NCBI GenBank assembly: GCA_038043285.1 | Contig: JBBTCJ010000007.1 | Span: 21,488 to 85,487 of the forward strand | Length of the DNA stretch: 64,000 nt | DNA from: Planctomycetota bacterium | GTDB lineage: Bacteria > Planctomycetota > Phycisphaerae > UBA1845 | Direction: 5' to 3' | Shown: piece by piece, positions 9,550 to 17,688 of the stretch | Layout of the letters: every line of letters begins with the position of its first letter | How positions within the stretch are numbered: the stretch's first letter is position 1 | The notes under the pieces: generated by a model | Seen by the model: only the letters and a program-made list of their open reading frames with translations | What the model was told of the DNA's origin: nothing | The model's database searches: none | Position numbers and translations under genes: made by a program

Positions 9550-10578
9550 ATGTTCAGCGTCGATATGGGAATCGACCTGGGCACCTGCAACACCTTGGTC
9601 TGCCTCAAGGGCGAGGGAATCGTCCTCAACGAACCGTCCGTCGTCGCGGTGCGGAAGGGGAGCAACCAGGTGCTGCGCAACGGCACCGCCGTCGGGCACG
9701 TAGCCAAGGAAATGCTCGGCAAGACGCCCGGTTCCATCCAGGCTATCCGCCCCCTCAAACACGGCGTGATCGCGGACTTCGACATCACCGAGGCGATGCT
9801 GGGTTATTTCATCCGCAAGGCCCATGGCCGGAGTCGATTCGCCCGACCTCGCGTGGTGATCGCCGTCCCCTCGGGCATTACCGCGGTCGAAAAGCGGGCG
9901 GTGTACAACTCCGCCGAACGCGCCGGCGCTCGCCGCGTGTACCTGGTGGATGAGCCGATGGCCGCCGGCATCGGAGCCGGGCTGCCCATCGGCGAAGCCA
10001 CCGGCTCCATGATCGTGGACATCGGCGGCGGAACCACCGAAGTAGCCATCATGTCCCTGGCGGACATCGCCGTGGTGCAGAGCATCCGCGTCGCCGGCGA
10101 CGAAATGGACTCCGCCATCGTCAACTACATGCGCCGCAAGCATGACCTGATGATCGGCTGGCAGACCGCCGAGACCATCAAGATCGAGTTGGGGACCGTC
10201 GGCGATCCAGACCCGGACGCCCGTCGGGTGGTTCGAGGTCGGGACGTGTCCCGTGGTCTACCGCAGGAATGTGAGATCTCGGCGTCCGAGGTGAAGGACG
10301 CGCTGCAGGAACCGGTCGCGGCCATCATCGCCGCCGTCATGGGCACGTTGGAATTGGCCGAACCGGAATTGGCCGCCGACTTGGTTGACAACGGCATCCA
10401 CCTCGCCGGCGGCGGGGCCTTGCTCCGCGGGCTGAACCAGGCCATCGAACGCGCCACGGGCTTGAAGGTCACCGTGGTCGACGATCCACTCTGCTGCGTC
10501 GCGCGCGGGACAGCCGTCTACCTCGAAAACCTCGCCTCCTGGAAGGACACCATGGAGTCCGACGCCGACGACTATTAA
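9550..10578 (+). CDS. mreB: Rod-shape-determining actin homologue MreB
   Basis: The ATG at 9550 gives MFSVDMGIDLGTCNTLV. It also has DEPMAAGIGAG, DIGGGTTEVA, GGGALLRGL and a typical length of about 342 aa. Confidence 0.93.
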   Translation: MFSVDMGIDLGTCNTLVCLKGEGIVLNEPSVVAVRKGSNQVLRNGTAVGHVAKEMLGKTPGSIQAIRPLKHGVIADFDITEAMLGYFIRKAHGRSRFARPRVVIAVPSGITAVEKRAVYNSAERAGARRVYLVDEPMAAGIGAGLPIGEATGSMIVDIGGGTTEVAIMSLADIAVVQSIRVAGDEMDSAIVNYMRRKHDLMIGWQTAETIKIELGTVGDPDPDARRVVRGRDVSRGLPQECEISASEVKDALQEPVAAIIAAVMGTLELAEPELAADLVDNGIHLAGGGALLRGLNQAIERATGLKVTVVDDPLCCVARGTAVYLENLASWKDTMESDADDY

Positions 10579-10607
10579 GAGTGCGTCCTAAAGCCACTCT
10601 CCCCCAC

Positions 10608-10749
10608 GTATGTGTTTAGCGTGTATCAGCATCATCCGGGCTGGTCGTCGAAAAGCGACCGCCGTGATCAGCATGATGCTGAAACACGGGCATTGGATCG
10701 GGATCTCCAGATTGTCGCTCTCAGTACTGGGACCACGCTAAACACATAC
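10608..10749. repeat. 142-nt element bounded by perfect 16-bp inverted repeats (candidate structured RNA or MITE-like element)
   Basis: GTATGTGTTTAGCGTG (10608-10623) is the exact reverse complement of CACGCTAAACACATAC (10734-10749). A nested 10-bp stem pairs TCAGCATCAT (10626-10635) with ATGATGCTGA (10673-10682). An inner hairpin GGTCG..CGACC spans 10643-10660. The local GC content is clearly lower than the surroundings. Confidence 0.75.
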
Positions 10750-10944
10750 CAAGGAAGTGGGCCATCCGACCGCTGAGAACAGGAAGACGGGAAATGCGTT
10801 CCTCGACGTAAAGAGCGGCCTGGGAGAGAGCGCGGTCGCCTCGGCCCGGACCACCGAACTTCGACCGTGCCGTTGGAATCGAACGATCGCATCTCTATGA
10901 TCGGCGGCCTTGATGGACGCACGGCTCCCAGGGTTGACCCCACG

Positions 10945-11607
10945 ATGACCAAGACAGCTCTGACCATCCACGTCACGAACGATCCCATCTACATGGAGAA
11001 CGGGTACACGGTCTATCTCCGCGACGGGGGGCCGTGCTGGATCATCGACCCGGGTTTCGATCCCCAAGCGGGGCAGATCGTCGAACACGTTCGCAAGCAT
11101 CGCCTCCAACCGGCGGCGATCGTCCTGACCCACGCCCACCCGGACCACATTGCGGGGATCGACGATGTCCGCGACGCCCTCGGTCCGCTTCCGGTGTATC
11201 TAGCCCGGGAAGAATGGAAGGCCTTGATCGACTCGATGGAGAACCTCTCGGGATTGATGGGTGAGGGGATCGTCACCAAGGTCAACGATCCGCTGGACCT
11301 TCCGCACGGCTCGACCTTGGAGCTCGACGGCACGAGGTGGTCGGTCCTCGACACGCATGGGCACTCGCCGGGGGGAAGGACGATCTACTCAGCGGACCTG
11401 GGCGTCGCCTTCGTCGGGGACGCTTTGTTTGCCGGCAGCGTGGGCCGGGTGGACTTCCCCAACAGCGACGGGGATGCGCTGCTCCGCAACCTCCGCAACC
11501 ACCTGATGACCCTGCCCGACGCGACGCGGGTTCTTTCCGGTCATGGCCCGGAGAGCACGATCGGTCGAGAGAAGGGCACCAATCCCTACGTTCGCCACGG
11601 TTTCTAG
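10945..11607 (+). CDS. MBL-fold metallo-hydrolase (glyoxalase II-like)
   Basis: Contains THAHPDHIAG (the HxHxDH motif), a later HGHSPGG, and a C-terminal GHG. The start at ATG 10945 (MTKTALTIHV) is preferred over 10867. Confidence 0.8.
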   Translation: MTKTALTIHVTNDPIYMENGYTVYLRDGGPCWIIDPGFDPQAGQIVEHVRKHRLQPAAIVLTHAHPDHIAGIDDVRDALGPLPVYLAREEWKALIDSMENLSGLMGEGIVTKVNDPLDLPHGSTLELDGTRWSVLDTHGHSPGGRTIYSADLGVAFVGDALFAGSVGRVDFPNSDGDALLRNLRNHLMTLPDATRVLSGHGPESTIGREKGTNPYVRHGF

Positions 11608-11744
11608 AGACCCGACACGGTGCGTCCTGCGGGTGAAAGGGCCCGCTTCCTCGCGGGCGCGGTACGGATCAGGCGGCTCGGCGTCACGTTGTGCCGCGCG
11701 TTTCAGTCGCTCACTCGGGCGAACGGCACCGAGCGATGACCGGG

Positions 11745-12377
11745 TCATGTTTGGGGTGCGGCGGCGGCGCTCCGCTCAAGGTGTTGCGGCCGCCCGGCCG
11801 TCAGGCGACCCAGTTGGGCACTGAGGCGATCGTAGAATTGCAACGCGACGGCCTGCTCGGCCTTGATGACTTCGTTGGCCCCGAGCTGGGACGCCCGCAT
11901 TCCCTGCGACGCGTAGTTGGTCCGCGCGATGATGTAGATTTCCGGATGCAGCCGGCGAGCCAGCGCCGTCGCCTTCAGCACCGCGTCTTCGTCGGGAATG
12001 GTCAATGCCAGGATGCTGGCACTATACAACCCCGCTTCGATCAGCGTCTCCGGCGTCGCGGCATTGCCCGACAGCACGCGACGCCCCAGGGCGGTCTGCG
12101 TTTCGACGGTGATCGGGTTCCGCTCGACGATGACGTAGGGAACCTTTACCCGGTCCAACAAGTCGGCCACGCAGCGGCCGGCCAGCCCGAAACCGACAAT
12201 GATGACGTGCCCCGCCAGAAGTCCTTCTGCCGGTCGCGGATAGACGGGAACAACTTGTAGCCGCAGTCCCTGCGGCCAATCCTGGGACTCGTCCAACTCG
12301 ACGTGCCCGTCCCGAAACGTCGCGCCGACCGTTGTTCCGCCGATCAACCGTTCAGCCCCCTGAGGATTTCCTGGCAT
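11745..12377 (-). CDS. TrkA-N / RCK NAD-binding domain protein
   Basis: GHVIIVGFGLAGRCVADLL (a GxGxxG Rossmann motif) is followed by ..VIVERNP.. and ..IIARTN.., typical of K+-transport RCK domains. Confidence 0.7.
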   Translation of the reverse strand: MPGNPQGAERLIGGTTVGATFRDGHVELDESQDWPQGLRLQVVPVYPRPAEGLLAGHVIIVGFGLAGRCVADLLDRVKVPYVIVERNPITVETQTALGRRVLSGNAATPETLIEAGLYSASILALTIPDEDAVLKATALARRLHPEIYIIARTNYASQGMRASQLGANEVIKAEQAVALQFYDRLSAQLGRLTAGRPQHLERSAAAAPQT

Positions 12378-12521
12378 GGTCGGCGGTGTTCGCCGACCCG
12401 GTCGAACGAACGCCGAAACCCATCCGCCTTCGGATTATCGGCGATTGGGGCTTACCGGTGACCTTGAACCCGGCCAGCGCGGGGCATGGTCGAACGCAGG
12501 TCATCAGCAGGGGCAAAGGCG

Positions 12522-13919
12522 CTATGACGGCTTGGTCCGAAACTTCCGGATCGCTTCGGCGACCAGGTAAAACGAACCGGTGATGCAGATCAAATCCTCG
12601 CGGCCAATCGCCCCCAGGGCGATCTGCATGGCCTCGGACAAGGTCCGCCCCACCTGGGCCATCTTCCCCGACAACTCAATATACTGGGCGGCCAACTCCG
12701 ATGGCTCCGCGGAGCGTGGCGACGACGTTCGCGTGAAGATCACTTTGTCCGCGCCCACCTGAATACGGCGGATCATTCCCGCGATGTCCTTGTCCTTCTG
12801 GCATCCGAAGATCACCACCATGGAATCGTAGGTGATGTTCTGCCCGATCGCGCGCATCACCGCGTCGACGCTGGCGGCGTTGTGAGCGCCGTCCACGAGA
12901 ATGCGAGGATTTTCGGAAATCATCTGCATGCGGCCCAGGAGCTTCACGTCGTCCAGACCGTTCACCGCGGTCTGGTCGTCAATGGTCAGACCGCGCGACT
13001 TCAACACGTCGAGCAGGCCCAGGGCCAGGCTGCAGTTCACCGCCTGGTGTTCCCCCAGCAGCGGAACTTGAACGTGTTCGTAGCGACTTTGCGGCGTCGT
13101 CAGGCAGATTCGCGCGTGCTTGCCGGCCACCCGCGAAAACTCGAACCGGTAGCTGAAATCCACCTCCTCGTCGGCGAACCTCAGCGGCGATTGCGCCGCC
13201 TCTGCCGCGTCACGGAGAACTTCGCGGACGTTGGGACGCTGGGGAGCACTGATCACCGGGATCTTCTTCTTGATCACCGCCGCCTTCTCGCGGGCAATCT
13301 GCTCCAGCGTGCTGCCCAGTTGGGCCATGTGGTCGAAACTAATGCTGGTGATCCCGACCGCCTCCGGCGTGATGACGTTCGTCGCGTCCAGGCGACCACC
13401 CATGCCGGCTTCGATGATCGCGATGTCCACCTTGCGGTCGGCGAAATGGCGGAACGCAGCCGCAGTCAGCACCTCGAAGTACGTCGGGTCGGGAACCTTC
13501 GCCTTCTCGGTGACGGCCGCCACCGCAGCCACCGCACGGGCGAACGCCGGTTCCGAAATCGGACCGTTGTCCACCATGATCCGTTCCCGCTCATCCAGAA
13601 CGTGGGGTGAGGTGTACAGGCCGACGCGATGACCACATGCGCGGATCATCGCGGCAAGCATCGTGGCCGTACTGCCCTTGCCCTTGGTCCCGACGATGTG
13701 GACGGTCTTGTACGTCCGGTGCGGATTGCCCAAGGCCGCAAGAATCCGCTGGACACGGGAAAGCCCCATCTTCGGGGTACCGATACCGGGACGCAGCAGT
13801 CGTTCGTAGTTCGTTAGAGAGTCCAAATAATTCAGTGCCGATCGAAAAGTCTTGATTGACTTTGCGGGCGGTTTGGCTGGTGCGGGGTAGGCTGTTCTGC
13901 TGACCAGAGCCTTCGTCAT
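12522..13919 (-). CDS. folC: Folylpolyglutamate synthase / dihydrofolate synthase
   Basis: Contains HIVGTKGKGSTATMLA (the Mur-ligase P-loop), TSPHVLDERERI, and LDATNV..ITSISFDH. The 465 aa match the FolC layout. Confidence 0.9.
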   Translation of the reverse strand: MTKALVSRTAYPAPAKPPAKSIKTFRSALNYLDSLTNYERLLRPGIGTPKMGLSRVQRILAALGNPHRTYKTVHIVGTKGKGSTATMLAAMIRACGHRVGLYTSPHVLDERERIMVDNGPISEPAFARAVAAVAAVTEKAKVPDPTYFEVLTAAAFRHFADRKVDIAIIEAGMGGRLDATNVITPEAVGITSISFDHMAQLGSTLEQIAREKAAVIKKKIPVISAPQRPNVREVLRDAAEAAQSPLRFADEEVDFSYRFEFSRVAGKHARICLTTPQSRYEHVQVPLLGEHQAVNCSLALGLLDVLKSRGLTIDDQTAVNGLDDVKLLGRMQMISENPRILVDGAHNAASVDAVMRAIGQNITYDSMVVIFGCQKDKDIAGMIRRIQVGADKVIFTRTSSPRSAEPSELAAQYIELSGKMAQVGRTLSEAMQIALGAIGREDLICITGSFYLVAEAIRKFRTKPS

Positions 13920-14215
13920 CGTTATCGCATTCTAACCGACTTTTATCGAACCGTCAACATTTCGGACCGCCACGACCCACAAGGTATGGGTCCGTGGCAG
14001 AGTTGTTACACCATAGGTGTACCGCCACCACCCCGATTCTTGTGCCACGGATGGACCTCCAACCTTGATCTTGGGTGTCCTAGGGACCATTCGGAACACG
14101 CCGAAACGCACATAGCGCGTCTGTGTTGTGTCACAACTTGTGGGGGCTTCGTCCTGTTTGAAGACGAGGGGACGATCGCGGGACGCTCAGGGCATGTTTG
14201 GACGGTTCCGTTACA

Positions 14216-15322
14216 ATGATCCCCATGGCGGATTGGGCGACCCAGACGGGAGGAGAGCCTACCTTCATTTCGGTCCGACCGGGGAACCTGGATCGGATCG
14301 GCGTTCTGTTGAAGGAATCCGGGATCCGCGACCCATGCAGCCAAGCGATCCTGGTGACGGACGAGACGGTCGCACGGGTGCATGCGCCACGGGTCGAGGG
14401 TTCGATCGCGGCGGATGGGATTTCGACCTGCACAGTTGCTGTTCCGCCGGGCGAGGCGTCGAAGAGTCTCTCCACCGCAACAGAGGTGTACCGCTTCCTG
14501 GCGGAGCGTCGATTCGGGCGCGACGGGGTCATCGTTGCCGTGGGCGGCGGCGTGGTCAGTGACCTCACCGGGTTCGTCGCGGCCACCTGGATGCGCGGCG
14601 TGCGCTGGATCGTCTGCCCGACGACGGTGGAAGGCTGTGTCGATGCGGCGATCGGCGGCAAGACGGCGGTCAACGTCCCGGGGGCGAAGAACCTTGTCGG
14701 TGCGTTCCATTGGCCCGCGGCGGTGTGCATCGACCCGACCTGCCTCCTCTCGCTACCCAAGCGGGACGTTTCGGCAGGCCTGGCGGAGTCGATCAAGCAT
14801 GCGTTGGTTCTTGATCCGGGTTTCGTGAGCTGGCATGAGCGGAACGTGGCGGCGATTCTGCGACTCGAGGATTCGATCGCCGTCGAGCTGATCGAGCGAA
14901 ACGTCCGATTGAAGCTTTTGGTCGTGGAGCGTGATCCACGCGAGACGACCGGTGAACGGATGGTCCTCAACTTCGGACACACCATCGGTCACGCGATTGA
15001 AGAGGCCAGCCGGCACGAGTTGCGTCACGGCGAGTGCGTCGCGCTGGGGATGCTTGCGGCTGGGCGGTTGTCCCAGTCGATGGGGATCCTCCGGGGGGAG
15101 GTGGTGGATCGTCTCACGACGCTGCTTGGCCGCATGAACCTGCCGACGCGACTCCCGCGTACCATCGACTCGGAGCAGGTTCTTGCAGCGATTCGGCTGG
15201 ACAAGAAGAACCGCGGCGGCGGCATTCGCATGGTCCTGTTGGAGGACGTGGGAAAGCCTGTCGTAAGGGACGAGGTGCCGGAAGACTCCGTAAGAGAGGC
15301 CTACGAGACGCTTTGCAGGTGA
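14216..15322 (+). CDS. aroB: 3-dehydroquinate synthase
   Basis: Contains GGGVVSDLTGFVAATWMRGVRWIVCPTT, AAIGGKTAVN, and the metal-site histidines HTIGHAIE..HGECVALGM. The ATG at 14216 is preferred over the TTG at 14198. Confidence 0.9.
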   Translation: MIPMADWATQTGGEPTFISVRPGNLDRIGVLLKESGIRDPCSQAILVTDETVARVHAPRVEGSIAADGISTCTVAVPPGEASKSLSTATEVYRFLAERRFGRDGVIVAVGGGVVSDLTGFVAATWMRGVRWIVCPTTVEGCVDAAIGGKTAVNVPGAKNLVGAFHWPAAVCIDPTCLLSLPKRDVSAGLAESIKHALVLDPGFVSWHERNVAAILRLEDSIAVELIERNVRLKLLVVERDPRETTGERMVLNFGHTIGHAIEEASRHELRHGECVALGMLAAGRLSQSMGILRGEVVDRLTTLLGRMNLPTRLPRTIDSEQVLAAIRLDKKNRGGGIRMVLLEDVGKPVVRDEVPEDSVREAYETLCR

Positions 15323-15371
15323 TCCACCCCCGCGCGGCTCGGTATTCGCTACACTGAAACCAAGGCTTTTC

Positions 15372-16214
15372 TTACAACCGTTCGAGGTGTTCAACAAACT
15401 CGGTGATGACCCATTCCGGCGTCGAAGCTCCGGCGGTGACGCCGGCGACGGTTTTGCCTTCGATCATCGGGGGTTCGAACTGGCTCCAGGTCTCGATGTG
15501 GTAGGTGGGCGTGCCGGCTTCCTGACAGAGGCGGGCCATCTCTCGGGTGTTGGCGGAATGCAGTCCGCCGAGGACGAACATGACCTCGACTTCGCCCGCG
15601 AGCGCGATGGCGGCGTCCTGGCGGCGGGTCACCTCCAGGCACAAGGTGTTGACGATCTTCACCTCGCGATACGGTCGGCGGAGGATTTTGGCGATCATGT
15701 CGGCCACGTGTTCGGGCGAGTGCGTGGTCTGGGCGACGATGCCGATGCGTTCGCGGTAGGGGAGGGCCTGTTCGAGGTCGGTGTCGGTGTCGATGACCGT
15801 GACGTTGGGGGCGTAGCCGATGACGCCCCTGACCTCCGGGTGGTTGGGGTCGCCGATCATCACTACGTGGAAGCCCTCCTCATGGAGTTGCCGGACGACG
15901 TTCTGGGCGCGTTTCACCAGGACGCACGTGGCGTCGACGATTTGCAGACCTCGGTCGGCGGCGCGTTGCATGGTTTCGGGCGTGGCCCCGTGCGAGCGGA
16001 TCAGGACGACTTGCGAGGGATCGACGGCGTCGAGCCGGCCGGACTGATTGAGACCGGCTTCCTCGAGTCGTCCGACGACCTGTTTGTTGTGGATGACCGG
16101 ACCGAGGGCGACGACGCGACCCGGACCGTGCGCCGCCACCGCGGCTTCGGCCAACTCGATCGCATCCTCCACGCCGAAGCAGAACCCCCTCGGCGTCGCC
16201 AGTTTCACTTGCAT
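15372..16214 (-). CDS. ispH: 4-hydroxy-3-methylbut-2-enyl diphosphate reductase
   Basis: The internal ATG at 16214 gives MQVKLATPRGFCFGVEDAI. It also has VIHN, DATCVLV and NTLC, which supply the three cluster cysteines. 280 aa. The upstream part of the tracked ORF is non-homologous. Confidence 0.9.
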   Translation of the reverse strand: MQVKLATPRGFCFGVEDAIELAEAAVAAHGPGRVVALGPVIHNKQVVGRLEEAGLNQSGRLDAVDPSQVVLIRSHGATPETMQRAADRGLQIVDATCVLVKRAQNVVRQLHEEGFHVVMIGDPNHPEVRGVIGYAPNVTVIDTDTDLEQALPYRERIGIVAQTTHSPEHVADMIAKILRRPYREVKIVNTLCLEVTRRQDAAIALAGEVEVMFVLGGLHSANTREMARLCQEAGTPTYHIETWSQFEPPMIEGKTVAGVTAGASTPEWVITEFVEHLERL

Positions 16215-16498
16215 GGTTGCCTTTGCCCGGAAAAACGCGGCAGGTCTGACCAGGGCGTCAGATCGACATGGTACGCCGAAGTGCCCCAGTGAGCCATGCC
16301 TTCCGACGTTGCGGGACATGCCGTGGCCGGTAACCCGGGGCGTAAGCGACAGACCCAAACGACTGGCCCCGCGCTGACGCTTGGAGTACGGATCAAGAGC
16401 CTCAATCTCGTCAAGAATGTCACGAACGCGAGTGCCGCAGATCACCGAGCATCGCGGATGCTTTCCAGGCCATCCTTGAGCAGGCGGCGGCTTCGGCG

Positions 16499-17074
16499 TT
16501 ATCCCGGCCAGCGGGATTCGAGGTCGGCGGCGATCCCTTCCAATTGCGCGCGCGACTTTCCACCGAAGGAACGGCACTGGACGTCGCAGAACTTGCCGTC
16601 CAAGGAGCGCTGGTCTTCCTCGGTCATCACGTGGTCGCCGACGTTGAACAGGACGCTGTCCTCCTTGTAGATGTGGTTGCTGAGCAGTTCGCTGTAGCCG
16701 CGGGCGGCCTTGCGGAACTGCTGTGCGGCGTCCGGTTCGCGGCGGTCGTGGGCGTACAGGGCTTCGGCCATCTCGGCGGTGAACTTGCGGGCGACGGTGT
16801 GCTCATACAGCATGACCCCGATGGGTCCGCCGTCGCGAGGGATGCCGCGGGATTCCAGAACCGGGAAGAGCAGATCCTCTTCCTTGGCGTGGTGGCAGGC
16901 ATCGGCGAAGAGGCGGAAGAACTCGACGCATTGGGCGAGCGACTCGCGTTCGAAGCCTTTTCCTGCCTCGCAGCGATCGACCAGTCGGTCAAGAATCCGA
17001 ATCACGCGCAAGATGACCTGGTGTTCGGCGCGAAGGACCGCGCAGGGTTGATGGTGTCCGTTGGGTTGATTCAT
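16499..17074 (-). CDS. Hemerythrin-like (HHE cation-binding) domain protein
   Basis: ATG at 17074 with a GGAG RBS. Contains LRAEHQVILRV, CHHAKEEDLLFPVLE and HIYKEDSVLF, which are His/Glu di-iron ligand patterns. It is the last gene of the nap-like operon, 8 nt after the napF-like stop. Confidence 0.75.
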   Translation of the reverse strand: MNQPNGHHQPCAVLRAEHQVILRVIRILDRLVDRCEAGKGFERESLAQCVEFFRLFADACHHAKEEDLLFPVLESRGIPRDGGPIGVMLYEHTVARKFTAEMAEALYAHDRREPDAAQQFRKAARGYSELLSNHIYKEDSVLFNVGDHVMTEEDQRSLDGKFCDVQCRSFGGKSRAQLEGIAADLESRWPG

Positions 17075-17082
17075 GCTTCTCC

Positions 17083-17679
17083 TCAGTTCCTTCCCGCGCC
17101 GCGCGGCTGAATGAAAATTGATTTCGCGGGGCACAAATAGGCGCAGACTCCGCAGCCTGCGCAATGCGATTCATGGACCCGCGGCGCGCCGTCGGTGACA
17201 AAGGCGATCGCTTCGGGCTTCAGGGGACAGCGTACCACGCAGTAGTCGCAGGGCTGACCCTGCGTTCGATAGCAGGCGGCCGCGTCGACCACTGCGGTTC
17301 CCATCTCGACCAGCCCCGCAGGCGTCGCAAGAAGTGCTCCCGTTGGGCACGCGGCGATACAGGGCATGTCCTCGCAGAGGTAGCACGGCGCCTCCTCGGG
17401 AATGACCACGGGGGTTCCGGCGACGGGGCCGAACTCGGGTCCGAGTCGTCGGATCGCGGCATGAGGGCAGGCGTTCACGCAGTCGGTGCAACGGGTGCAG
17501 GCGCCCAGGAACCGCTCCTCGACGATGGCGCCCGGCGGCCGCAGCCACCGGCGCTGCGGCGGGTCGTCGGTCGAAGCGGCGGCTTCGCCGACTCGTCCGA
17601 CGGCGCGGATTGAATCCGCCACGCCGTCAAGCATGGTGCGAGTCAGTTCACCGAAGAAATCCCGCCGCGAGCAACCCAC
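17083..17679 (-). CDS. napF: NapF-like 4Fe-4S ferredoxin
   Basis: N-terminal RRDFF twin-Arg-like motif and LRPPGA motif. Four cluster motifs are present: CTRCTDCVNACP, CYLCEDMPCIAACP, CDYCVVRCP and CAGCGVCAYLCP. The layout matches NapF. Confidence 0.65.
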   Translation of the reverse strand: MGCSRRDFFGELTRTMLDGVADSIRAVGRVGEAAASTDDPPQRRWLRPPGAIVEERFLGACTRCTDCVNACPHAAIRRLGPEFGPVAGTPVVIPEEAPCYLCEDMPCIAACPTGALLATPAGLVEMGTAVVDAAACYRTQGQPCDYCVVRCPLKPEAIAFVTDGAPRVHESHCAGCGVCAYLCPAKSIFIQPRGAGRN

Positions 17680-17688
17680 GCTTTTCTC

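Noticed and set aside
11641-11658. GCCCGC-TTCCTC-GCGGGC hairpin between the convergent MBL-hydrolase and TrkA-N genes, considered as an intrinsic terminator
   Set aside because: The stem is only 6 bp and there is no U-tract on either strand. This is too weak to call.
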